Shown: piece after piece, positions 19,361 through 28,356 of the stretch | Numbering within the stretch: position 1 is the first letter of the stretch | How the letters are laid out: each line of letters opens with the position of its first letter | NCBI GenBank assembly: GCA_001783805.1 | Contig: MFNS01000001.1 | Span: forward strand, 342,921-406,920 | Length of the DNA: 64,000 nt | Direction of reading: 5' to 3' | From: Candidatus Levybacteria bacterium RIFCSPHIGHO2_01_FULL_40_16 | GTDB lineage: Bacteria; Patescibacteriota; Microgenomatia; Levybacterales; UBA12049 | The notes under the pieces: generated by a model | Database searches by the model: none | What the model saw: the letters and a program-made list of their open reading frames with translations, nothing else | Told to the model about the DNA's origin: nothing | Position numbers and translations under genes: made by a program

Positions 19361-20551
19361 TTACTCATAGCGCAAGGCTTGGATTGGATCAAGTTTTGAG
19401 GCGCGGACCGCCGGAGCAACACCAAAAACGATTCCGACTATCATCGAAAATCCAAAAGACAATAGAACTGACCACCAGGTGATCGTTGTCTGTAGGAAAT
19501 TATTAATCAAAAGCGAAAGTAATATTCCCAAAACTATTCCGATTATTCCTCCTATGCCGGACAGCGTCACTGCTTCGATCAAAAATTGATTTCTGATATC
19601 CTCGGTTTGGGCTCCCAAGGCTTTTCGCAGGCCGATTTCCCTGGTTCTTTCCGTCACCGAAACCAGCATTATGTTCATAATTCCGATTCCTCCGACAATC
19701 AAAGAAATTGCGGCAATTCCTCCAAGACCCAAAGTCAAAACATTTGTAACGGTTGATATTGTAGATAGGGCCTGCTCCTGAGTTAAGACGCTAAAATCAT
19801 CTTCGGTTAATCTTTTATTTAATATCGCTTTTGCTTTGGCTTGTATGTCTTTGACGTTTTCCGCTTTTAGCGCATTTATATAAATAGTATTGGGACTGGT
19901 AATTCCAAATTGTTTTTGGGCGCTGGTTAACGGAATTAAAACAGAATTATCCTGATCTATGCCAAAGATTGATCCTCTGGAACCTGCAATTCCGATAACC
20001 ACATAATTTATTCCTGCAATCTTTATGGTCTGATTCAGAGGGGACGCTGTCCCAAAAAGATTTTTTACGACCGTTGCTCCAATGACCACTACTCTTCTTC
20101 CGCTGGTAACGTCCGCTTCATTAATAAATCTTCCTTTCTCCGTTTTCAAGCTAATTATTTTTTCGTAATTCGCCTGGACTCCGAAAATGGCTGCTCCTTT
20201 ATCGTTGATATTTAATCTTTTCAAAGTGCCTGTTTTTTGCACAACAGCGCAAACTTGCGCATCCTGTCTTAATTTATTTTTAAGATTTATCGCATCTGCA
20301 AAAGTTAATCGGTTTGCCTGGACTCCGCCCGGAGATCTTGATCCGCCTATTCTTCCCGGAACCACAATAACCAAATTGGAACCAAGACCGGCGATCTGTT
20401 TGGTAATGGTTGTTTTAAGCCCCGAAACCAAAGAGGTTAAAAGAATTACCGACAAAACCCCGATCATAATTCCCAAGATCGTTAAGAACGCCCTCATTTT
20501 ATTGGCCAGAATCGCTGCCATTGCCACCCTGAATGTTTCCAAATGATTCAT
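19361..20551 (-). CDS. MacB/FtsX-like ABC permease
   Basis: GIGIMNIMLVSVTERTREIGLRKALGA. Confidence 0.92.
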   Translation of the reverse strand: MNHLETFRVAMAAILANKMRAFLTILGIMIGVLSVILLTSLVSGLKTTITKQIAGLGSNLVIVVPGRIGGSRSPGGVQANRLTFADAINLKNKLRQDAQVCAVVQKTGTLKRLNINDKGAAIFGVQANYEKIISLKTEKGRFINEADVTSGRRVVVIGATVVKNLFGTASPLNQTIKIAGINYVVIGIAGSRGSIFGIDQDNSVLIPLTSAQKQFGITSPNTIYINALKAENVKDIQAKAKAILNKRLTEDDFSVLTQEQALSTISTVTNVLTLGLGGIAAISLIVGGIGIMNIMLVSVTERTREIGLRKALGAQTEDIRNQFLIEAVTLSGIGGIIGIVLGILLSLLINNFLQTTITWWSVLLSFGFSMIVGIVFGVAPAVRASKLDPIQALRYE

Positions 20552-21216
20552 TTTATTTCTCCGTCTCTGACGCGAATCGTCCTTTTTGCATACCTCGCAA
20601 TATCCACCTCATGCGTAATCAAAATTATCGTCTTTCCCTCGTTATTCAATTTGCGGAAGATTTCCATAATTTGCTGTCCGGTTTTAGTATCCAAATTTCC
20701 GGTTGGTTCATCAGCCAAAATAATTTGGGGATCTGTTACCAAAGCTCTGGCAATAGCCGCTCTTTGTTGCTGGCCTCCCGAGAGTTGATTTGGACGGTTT
20801 TCCAATTTGTCCGAGAGACCGACCTGATCTAAGGCTTTTTTTGCTTTGGTTATTCTCTCTTGATTATCAATTCCGCCATAGATCAAGGGAAGCGTAACAT
20901 TATCCAAAATTGAAGTTCTATTTAACAAATTGAATTGCTGAAAAACAAAACCTATTTTCTTATTTCTTATTTCAGCCATTACTTTTTCACTTAAATGAGC
21001 TACGTCTTCCCCTTCCAATTTATACGACCCGCTGGTGGGTTTGTCCAAAAGTCCCAAAATATTCATTAAGGTAGATTTTCCGGAACCTGATGGTCCCATA
21101 ATCGCCACAAACTCACCCGAGTCAATAGACAAGCTAATATTTTTCAGAGCTTGGAATTTAAGATCGTGACTTGTTTGGTAAATTTTATTGATGTTTGAAA
21201 GATGTACGAGTAGCAT
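20548..21216 (-). CDS. ABC ATP-binding protein (MacB/LolD type)
   Basis: GPSGSGKS, LSGGQQQR, ILADEPTGNLD. Confidence 0.95.
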   Translation of the reverse strand: MLLVHLSNINKIYQTSHDLKFQALKNISLSIDSGEFVAIMGPSGSGKSTLMNILGLLDKPTSGSYKLEGEDVAHLSEKVMAEIRNKKIGFVFQQFNLLNRTSILDNVTLPLIYGGIDNQERITKAKKALDQVGLSDKLENRPNQLSGGQQQRAAIARALVTDPQIILADEPTGNLDTKTGQQIMEIFRKLNNEGKTIILITHEVDIARYAKRTIRVRDGEIK

Positions 21217-22262
21217 TATTTTAGATTATTGGGAACATCGGCCGGATTGGCAACAACTAGATCTCCTTCCTTTAAGCCTTCGCTTATTTCTGCCTGCGTG
21301 TCCGATTCCAATCCTATTCCTACTTTTTGCTTCTTCAATCCCAATGCGGTTTTGACAAAAACAGTATCGCCATTCAATAGGGCATCCAAAGGAATAGCTA
21401 GAACATTCTTTCTTTCGGCTGTAACAATATTTACCTGACCGTTAAGTCCGGCAATATTTATAATCGGTTGATTATCCAAAAGTATTTTGACTATTACGAC
21501 TGTTGTGCCATTTAAAGTAGTTTCCGTTTGCTGCAGAATTTCCGAAACTTTACCTTGAAAAATGCGGTCTCCATAAGCATTAAGGGTAACTTCCGCCGGT
21601 TGTCCAACCGCTACTTTGGATATGTCCGCCTCATCAATTTCTCCTGAAAAGACAATTGCGGAAAAATCAACAACTTGAGTGACTATATCCGTCAGGGAAA
21701 CAGTCTCACCAGGTAAAAAATCCGCTTTTGTCACTACTCCCGCAAGTGGCGAGATAATCACAGCATCCTGAAATGCTCTTTGAGCAGCTAAAACGTTATC
21801 ATAAGCATTGTCCTGAGCAACTTCGGCTGTGGTTCGGGTTTGTCTTTGGGTAAAAGTTTCAGAAGTATTGTCTTTGGTGTCGTCTTTTATCTTATCGACA
21901 ATTGCCCGTTTGTCCCGCAGGGTATTTTGCGCTTGTCTAAGGGCAATTTCAAGATCTTGAGTGTCCAATCCGGCAATTACCTGTCCTTTAATAACCTTGT
22001 CTCCGGTTTTCACTTTTACATATCCCAGGCGGCCGCTAGCTTTAAAGTGCAAACCGGCGCTATTTGTTCCGGTCAAAGTACCTGAACCTGAAATTTCCTG
22101 CCGGAGATTTTGTTTTTTAACCTGAACAAATTGCAGGGGAGCTGCTTTTCTATTGCCAAAAAACATAAAATATCCCAAGGCAACAACTGCAATCAAACCA
22201 ATAATTTTGTACTTTTGGGGAAGCTTTCTAATTTTTCTAAATAACTCACTCAAAGTTTTCAC
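21216..22262 (-). CDS. MacA-like membrane fusion (adaptor) protein
   Basis: Lipoyl-like halves around a helical hairpin (VKTGDKV...ISPLAGVV). Confidence 0.88.
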   Translation of the reverse strand: MKTLSELFRKIRKLPQKYKIIGLIAVVALGYFMFFGNRKAAPLQFVQVKKQNLRQEISGSGTLTGTNSAGLHFKASGRLGYVKVKTGDKVIKGQVIAGLDTQDLEIALRQAQNTLRDKRAIVDKIKDDTKDNTSETFTQRQTRTTAEVAQDNAYDNVLAAQRAFQDAVIISPLAGVVTKADFLPGETVSLTDIVTQVVDFSAIVFSGEIDEADISKVAVGQPAEVTLNAYGDRIFQGKVSEILQQTETTLNGTTVVIVKILLDNQPIINIAGLNGQVNIVTAERKNVLAIPLDALLNGDTVFVKTALGLKKQKVGIGLESDTQAEISEGLKEGDLVVANPADVPNNLK

Positions 22263-22409
22263 GGAGTCAATTTTACCTCATCACGCTACCCAAAGCAAAC
22301 TATTGTGCTATAATTACACATTCTTTTGCAAAAACAGGTATTAAGATATAACTTGTCAGGAAAAAGTCAAGAAAAGTCCATTTAGGCAAAGTAACATGAG
22401 TTTTTAAGT

Positions 22410-23531
22410 ATGGTAATAGAAAATATCGCCTTAGCAGGCGTCATTGTTGAAAGTAAAAAGCAAGCTGTGCAGAAATTTACGTCAGTGGAAATAAATATGC
22501 ACAAGCGACAAAGCACTGTTTGGAATAAAGTTAGGCCATTTTACGAACGGGACATACTGAATATAGAAATAGCAGAAATAACAGGACTTGATTACAAACA
22601 AGTTAGTAGCGCAATAGCGCAAAATAAACGTAGACCAGAATGGAATCAGGTAAAACTTAGCGATCATAGCAGTCGAAAAACAAGAACACGCATGTTAGGA
22701 AAAGAACATAGATGGCCCATATTGAAAAATAGGGAAATGGGGGCTCAATTTGCCAATTTGCTTTTTGAATCAGGGTTAATTCCGGAAGACCTTTCAACAC
22801 GGGAAGAATTACATCAGCTTTATGCTTTACGCAATAGGAAATTACCAGAAAGTAATTTTGACAAACTTGGATTAGAAGTATTTCTGTTAGCTCAAAAGGA
22901 ACTTATCAAAGGGAATAAAAAAACTTTAAATATGTTTCAGGCGCTGGCAAGGAGAATTACTGGCGACGCTTCGCTTATACGCACAGAACAAGCGTTTGTT
23001 AAGAAAACGTTCTTAGCAGAAACTCAGTTAACATCCTATCTTAAGCGCGGATTATCAGTCGAAGAGGCAGAAATTATAGCCATTCGTCAGCTTCCCAAGG
23101 TAAGAAGAATGTTTACTCAGAATGAGGTAAATAGCATTATTTTTATTCGAGAAGCATGGAAGTTGGGACTATTAAATAATGATACTTCAGAGTGGCAAAA
23201 GCTTCCAGAATTATATAAAAGAGGGGGGAGAGTTTTGCCAAAAAGCAATTTCGACAAACTTAGGCTTGAGGCATTTTTAAGAGCAACTGTAAAGCATGAA
23301 TACGAAGGAAAATTAGAACCATTAACTTTATATAATAAATCAGGTTATGCGGTAGGCTATGAATGGTTTAAAGCAAGCCTTTCAGACGATGAACATTTTA
23401 TTAAGAATCGCGTTAGAATTGCAGGTCTTAAACAGAATAGTAACGACGATCCTGGAAAAAGAGACAGGATAAGAGAGATGGTAAGAGCAGGAACGAATGG
23501 TGACGCATATAAAAAGGGGTACGATATCTAA
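22410..23531 (+). CDS. Hypothetical protein: HTH-like segment plus two internal repeats
   Basis: EIAEITGLDYKQVSSAI; LPESNFDKL and LPKSNFDKL 131 aa apart. Confidence 0.7.
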   Translation: MVIENIALAGVIVESKKQAVQKFTSVEINMHKRQSTVWNKVRPFYERDILNIEIAEITGLDYKQVSSAIAQNKRRPEWNQVKLSDHSSRKTRTRMLGKEHRWPILKNREMGAQFANLLFESGLIPEDLSTREELHQLYALRNRKLPESNFDKLGLEVFLLAQKELIKGNKKTLNMFQALARRITGDASLIRTEQAFVKKTFLAETQLTSYLKRGLSVEEAEIIAIRQLPKVRRMFTQNEVNSIIFIREAWKLGLLNNDTSEWQKLPELYKRGGRVLPKSNFDKLRLEAFLRATVKHEYEGKLEPLTLYNKSGYAVGYEWFKASLSDDEHFIKNRVRIAGLKQNSNDDPGKRDRIREMVRAGTNGDAYKKGYDI

Positions 23532-23564
23532 TACGACATTCTTCAAGTCCCGACAAGTAAGTTT

Positions 23565-23690
23565 CTATCTAACTATTGTGAAGTTTAGATAAGCGTAAGC
23601 TACCAGCATTGTAGTCGCAACAACAAATAATATTAAGGCGATAAATCCATTTTTTGTCAGGGTCACCGAATCTTTTTTTGACTTTGCCAT
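23565..23690 (-). CDS. 41-aa single-TM protein
   Basis: Hand translation MAKSKKDSVTLTKNGFIALILFVV...; GGAGGTGA RBS. Confidence 0.7.
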   Translation of the reverse strand: MAKSKKDSVTLTKNGFIALILFVVATTMLVAYAYLNFTIVR

Positions 23691-23738
23691 TTATATTTCA
23701 CCTCCTAAATTTATATTACAGTTAAATATTTGTGGGTG

Positions 23739-23852
23739 TCAATCCCCCTTCGTTAAAACTTCGAAGGGATTGATGCCGCCGCAGCTATTTTTCATAATTT
23801 ATTCAACGCATAAAGTTTAAAAAATACTTAAGATTAAGCGAAGGGGCATCAA
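23739..23852. repeat. Compound intergenic palindromic element
   Basis: Hairpin TCAATCCC..CTTCG-TTAAAACTT-CGAAGGGATTGA overlapping the inverted pair ATTGATGCC (23769) / GGCATCAAT (23844). Confidence 0.6.
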
Positions 23853-23856
23853 TATC

Positions 23857-24765
23857 TTATAACAATTCTTTCTTGGATTTAAGGAAGAAATATCCTACTG
23901 TTCCGAAAGTAACAACCGGCGAGAACCAGACCGGGATATGGTAGCCAAAACTTTCCAAAATCATAATTGACCCTAGAAATAATATCGAATACATTGCACC
24001 GTTTTTCAAATAGATGTATTTTTTTATTCTTTCTATATTGCTTATTGTTAGTTTTCGTAAAACTAATGCCCCAAGCCCGTTACCTAAAAGAATCAGGGGA
24101 ATTGAAAATGTAAAGGCAAATGCTCCGATTACTCCGTCTATCGAAAACGTTGAGTCTAGAACCTCAAGATAAGCAATTTTGCTGATATCCGACATGTTTC
24201 CCGTAATCAATTTTTTCTCTTGTTCTTCCGCAAATTGTCTAAAACCATGAATGATGAAAAATGCCGTTGATCCGACAACTGCTGCAAATCCAAGCATCGG
24301 ATCTTTTTGAAGAGCAAACCAGACAATTATAGTCAGCAAAATTGAAACGACCGCAAAAAACCAAGCTCCTTGAGCCTGAAAAAATCTTTCTCCACGTAAT
24401 CCATAATTTTTGGGCTCAATAAATAACCAATTGAAAAAAAGGAAAACCAAAAATACTCCTCCAGCCAAAAGAAGTAAGGGGGATGTTGCTGCAATAGCCT
24501 GTGCAATTTTTGGATCTTGAGAGAATGCAGCAAAAAATACGCCAATTAAGTTATATTGAGGATTTGCAAGCCACACGATAAAAAGTGGCAGCAGGCCGCG
24601 GACAATGAAAACAGCAAAAAGAATACCCCACAGAAGAAACCAACGCCTGGCTCTTTGAGTCATACCTCTTAATACTTCCGCATTGATAATCGCATTATCA
24701 ATGCTGGTGATAATCTCAAAAAACGAAAGCCCGAGGATGGTTAAAATAATAAATCCAATGTTCAT
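23857..24765 (-). CDS. DUF475/TerC-related membrane protein
   Basis: SIDNAIINA, YLEVLDSTFSIDGVIGAFA. Confidence 0.88.
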   Translation of the reverse strand: MNIGFIILTILGLSFFEIITSIDNAIINAEVLRGMTQRARRWFLLWGILFAVFIVRGLLPLFIVWLANPQYNLIGVFFAAFSQDPKIAQAIAATSPLLLLAGGVFLVFLFFNWLFIEPKNYGLRGERFFQAQGAWFFAVVSILLTIIVWFALQKDPMLGFAAVVGSTAFFIIHGFRQFAEEQEKKLITGNMSDISKIAYLEVLDSTFSIDGVIGAFAFTFSIPLILLGNGLGALVLRKLTISNIERIKKYIYLKNGAMYSILFLGSIMILESFGYHIPVWFSPVVTFGTVGYFFLKSKKELL

Positions 24766-24796
24766 CAGTTGTATTGTACCAAAAAACTTTGGGGGG

Positions 24797-25483
24797 TTAA
24801 ATCTTCTGACCGAGGATTATGGTTACAGGAACCAAGGCATCTACAGGTAATTCTTCTTCCTTAACTGTAAAAGAATTTTCAAGAACGGTTTTTAACTTAT
24901 TTAGAAAATCTTTATCCACTGCTTTTTTGGCTTTTATAATAGTATCCGTATAATCGGAATTGTCCGCATTGCCAACCGAGGACACTGTAAATCCTTCTGC
25001 CTCCAAATTGGTTTTTTGCCTTCCGGCTTCTCCATCTACACCGCTTCCATTTAGTATTTCTATTTCATATTTAGTAAAATCTATTGTTTTTGTAGGCTCG
25101 GGCGTAATTGTCGGAGTTGGACTCGAAGTTGCCACATTGATTTTTTCTCCCTTAAATATCCCTTGTTTATAAATAAAAATCCCAACAAATAGAGCTATCG
25201 CTATAATAAAAATGAAAAATATTGGCCACATATAATTCTTTTTGGGGGTGTTGCCGGATCCCAGAGATTCTTCCTTAATCATCTTTTCCTTAAAGTCGCT
25301 TAGCGCGTCCGCGGATGAAGCCCGTGAGGCAGGAACGTCGTCGACTACCTCTATATTCTCTGTCGTTTTAGTTACCACGTCGGAAATAACTACTGGTTCC
25401 TTCGGCTCGCCGGAGCCTTTGGCGGAGGAGGCTGTTTTTATTTCTTCAGGCTTTGCCTCGTGTTTCTTATGGACAGAAGTCAT
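24797..25483 (-). CDS. LytR C-terminal domain protein
   Basis: TM, then IEILNGSG...GFTVSSVGNAD...TIILG. Confidence 0.8.
   Translation of the reverse strand: MTSVHKKHEAKPEEIKTASSAKGSGEPKEPVVISDVVTKTTENIEVVDDVPASRASSADALSDFKEKMIKEESLGSGNTPKKNYMWPIFFIFIIAIALFVGIFIYKQGIFKGEKINVATSSPTPTITPEPTKTIDFTKYEIEILNGSGVDGEAGRQKTNLEAEGFTVSSVGNADNSDYTDTIIKAKKAVDKDFLNKLKTVLENSFTVKEEELPVDALVPVTIILGQKI
25404..25428. repeat. SAKGSGEPK-type palindromic element
   Basis: GGCTCGCCGGAGCCTTTGGCGGAGG, identical at 44910-44934; variant at 52251-52275. Confidence 0.9.
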
Positions 25484-25533
25484 ATTTATTAATATAGTGT
25501 CTTTAGCTCAATATGTCAAATCCCTTAACCCTC

Positions 25534-25968
25534 TCAAAATAGTTTTTCTTTGTATTTTTTAAGGAAAAATGGCAATTGAGAATGAAGAGGCGTTGGAAGA
25601 TTATTAATCTTAAACCATTTTATTTCCGAATGTTTTTGCGGAACGCCGTTTTTAACTTTTTCTCTGTTAACTAAAACTTTAAAATCCAAAGCAATCCAAT
25701 GAGTCCCATTTCCCTTTTCATCAACCCTATGTACATCTCTAAATCCCAAAATTTCCGAATTTATTACATCTGTGCAATATTCTTCTCTTACTTCCCTGCT
25801 AACCGTATCCGTTACCGTTTCCCCAACCTCGACACTTCCTCCGCCCGGATCCCAGGTATCCCACTCATCTCTGCATTTTTTGGATCTTTTGCTCAATAAA
25901 ACATTTCCCTCTCCGTCATGGCAGAAAAATACAACCCCGACTCCAATACAATCAATTCCTTTTTCCAT
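25534..25968 (-). CDS. NUDIX hydrolase
   Basis: GGSVEVGETVTDTVSREVREEY Nudix box. Confidence 0.9.
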   Translation of the reverse strand: MEKGIDCIGVGVVFFCHDGEGNVLLSKRSKKCRDEWDTWDPGGGSVEVGETVTDTVSREVREEYCTDVINSEILGFRDVHRVDEKGNGTHWIALDFKVLVNREKVKNGVPQKHSEIKWFKINNLPTPLHSQLPFFLKKYKEKLF

Positions 25969-25991
25969 AGCCTGATTATAACAATAATTTA

Positions 25992-27035
25992 TTATTTTAA
26001 ATATTTGTCGAAAAAGTCAACGGAGCGCTGGATGGCAGTGTTAAAATTATTGGCAAGATTATGGTCATCCCCCCGGTAAATAAAGAGTTCCGATATCTTC
26101 CCCATTGCTTTTAATTCTTTATCAAGTTTTTCCGAAAATGCTATTGGAACAGATGCGTCCGCTGTCCCGTGATGCAGTTGAATTGGTCCGGACACATCTT
26201 TAAGGTAGGCGTTTGCAGAAATTGAATTCCAAAAGTTTGGATTTTCCGCTGGTGTTCCAAATTGCGCAACCAAAAGATCTCTCCACCTTCGTGCGCCGGC
26301 TGACAAAGGCGGCGGAGTAAAGGTTGATCTTCTCCAGTTATAAATCAAGTCAGGATAAGAAGCGACTACTCCACCCCAAATTACCCCTGCTTTTATATCT
26401 TTGGAAATTACCATTGAGCGAAGCGTGATAAATCCGCCCATCGAATGCCCCCACATGCCGATGCGATTCACATCAGCATCTTCAAACTTTTTAATTGAGG
26501 CAACCGCATTAAGAACATCTATCGTATATGCCGGTGAGCCATATCCGCCTATGGCTTCCCCTTCCGAATTTCCGTGCCCGCGATAATCGGATTTTAAAAC
26601 TATATAACCGTTCCTGGAAAAAGCATCCGCATACGCGATATATTTTCCCGTAGTTGAATACTCTTTTGGCGAAATGTAGCCATGGTTAAAAATGATAACC
26701 GGCCAACTTCCGCCGGCTGGCGGATTTCCAAAAGGCACAGTTAATAAAGCATAAATTTTCAACCCGTCTGATTTATATGAGGCAATATATTTATTATAAT
26801 TCGATCCACTCTGGAGAGTTTGCTCGATAGTAATTTCACTGCCCGGATATTCCTGGGAACGCATATACTCAATTGAAAGAGGATAAGGAGAGTCTACAAC
26901 TTCGCCTCTATCCTCAAGATTATTTAAGCTATCCGCAGAGTTAGTGGATTGATTTTTTTGTGATTTATTCTTAAAAACTATCAACGCGGAAATTAATATT
27001 ATTGCGATTCCTATTGCAATAATTAATCTTTTCAT
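25992..27035 (-). CDS. S9-like alpha/beta hydrolase (peptidase/esterase), membrane anchored
   Basis: NHGY, DYRGHG, GHSMGG, HGTADASV, DDH. Confidence 0.88.
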   Translation of the reverse strand: MKRLIIAIGIAIILISALIVFKNKSQKNQSTNSADSLNNLEDRGEVVDSPYPLSIEYMRSQEYPGSEITIEQTLQSGSNYNKYIASYKSDGLKIYALLTVPFGNPPAGGSWPVIIFNHGYISPKEYSTTGKYIAYADAFSRNGYIVLKSDYRGHGNSEGEAIGGYGSPAYTIDVLNAVASIKKFEDADVNRIGMWGHSMGGFITLRSMVISKDIKAGVIWGGVVASYPDLIYNWRRSTFTPPPLSAGARRWRDLLVAQFGTPAENPNFWNSISANAYLKDVSGPIQLHHGTADASVPIAFSEKLDKELKAMGKISELFIYRGDDHNLANNFNTAIQRSVDFFDKYLK

Positions 27036-27081
27036 AGAATAATGTTAAAACAAGATTTAATAATATATAATTAACTATAGT

Positions 27082-28227
27082 ATGTCAAACAATAAACGGC
27101 TGTTGTTTATTGCCCTTGGAGTTTTATTAATTTTGAGCATTGTTTATGCTAATTTTACGCAAAAAAGCAGACCGCAAATTAGTACAAATACTACATTACT
27201 AGATAGTGCTGGAGTTAATGAAACGCAAGCTAACGATCCACGATTGACAACTTTAGCGGTAAATTTAGAAATTCCGTGGGCGCTTGTTTTTCTGCCTGAT
27301 AAAAATATTTTATTTACAGAGCGTCCCGGGCGCGTGAGAATTATTGATAGTCAAGGTGTTTTAAATCCTAATCCTGTAGCTACTATTGAGGATGTTAAAC
27401 ATTTTGGTGAGGGCGGGCTTTTGGGAATTACAATTCACCCGAATTTCTCCAATAATCATTTCGTTTATTTCTATTACACTTATAGTTCCACCGGCAATGA
27501 TACCCTGAATCGAGTCGTGAGATTTAAATTTGAAAACAGTGCGTTTTCGGAAAAAACCATAATCGTTGACAAAATTCCGGGCGCGCTTTTTCACAATGGG
27601 GGACGCATAAAATTTGGTCCCGATGGTTTTTTATATATTACAACCGGCGATTCCCAAAACCCCTCTCTTGCGCAGAATAAAAATTCTCTTGCCGGGAAAA
27701 TTTTAAGAGTAACTTCTGATGGTAATCCCGCTCCGGATAATCCTTTTGGAAATTTAGTTTTCAGTTTCGGACACAGAAACCCCCAGGGAATTACCTGGGA
27801 AGGCAACACCTTGTGGGAAACCGAACACGGAGCAAGTACGTTGGATGAATTAAATGTAATTGAAAAAGGTAAAAATTATGGATGGCCGGTAATTTCGGGA
27901 AATCAAACGCGAAATGGCATGGAAACGCCGGTTATGAACAGCGGTTTTGACACATGGGCGCCAAGCGGCACAGTTTTTCTTAACGGCTCTATATTTTTTG
28001 CGGGACTGCGGGGACAAGCGCTGTTTGAATATAATATCGAAAGTAAAATTCTCACATCTCATCTCAAAGGAGAAATCGGCAGAATTAGAGAGGTGGTTGT
28101 CGGACCCGCTTCGCAGCGAGGCGAGCCGGATAATTTACTTTATATCACCACTAGTAACCGTGATGGCCGCGGAGCTCCTGATGCAACAGATGATAAAATA
28201 ATCCGCGTAAATCCAAATAAGCTTTGA
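27082..28227 (+). CDS. PQQ-dependent sugar dehydrogenase (GSDH family)
   Basis: GEGGLLG, HNGGRIKFGPDG, GHRNPQG, NYGWP. Confidence 0.9.
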   Translation: MSNNKRLLFIALGVLLILSIVYANFTQKSRPQISTNTTLLDSAGVNETQANDPRLTTLAVNLEIPWALVFLPDKNILFTERPGRVRIIDSQGVLNPNPVATIEDVKHFGEGGLLGITIHPNFSNNHFVYFYYTYSSTGNDTLNRVVRFKFENSAFSEKTIIVDKIPGALFHNGGRIKFGPDGFLYITTGDSQNPSLAQNKNSLAGKILRVTSDGNPAPDNPFGNLVFSFGHRNPQGITWEGNTLWETEHGASTLDELNVIEKGKNYGWPVISGNQTRNGMETPVMNSGFDTWAPSGTVFLNGSIFFAGLRGQALFEYNIESKILTSHLKGEIGRIREVVVGPASQRGEPDNLLYITTSNRDGRGAPDATDDKIIRVNPNKL

Positions 28228-28245
28228 CCATCCAATTTTCTTAAA

Positions 28246-28356
28246 TCACCTCGAAGTTAATAAGAAACCAATAATTGCAATTGAAATTCCGATTCCGACA
28301 ATCGTAAACCCATATACTAATGCCTTTAAAAAACTTAAATTATCAGATTTTTTCAA
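28246..28356 (-). CDS. 36-aa single-TM protein overlapping the cysS stop
   Basis: TTG start with AAGGAG 6 nt upstream; MKKSDNLSFLKALVYGFTIVGIGISIAIIGFLLTSR. Confidence 0.55.
   Translation of the reverse strand: MKKSDNLSFLKALVYGFTIVGIGISIAIIGFLLTSR

Noticed and set aside
24787-24798. CTTTGGGGGGTT resembling the array motif
   Set aside because: Lacks the GCARCCGG core; at most a half site
25305-25334. GC-rich patch encoding PASRASSADA in the LytR_C gene
   Set aside because: May be a decayed element, but I could not define arms or a matching copy
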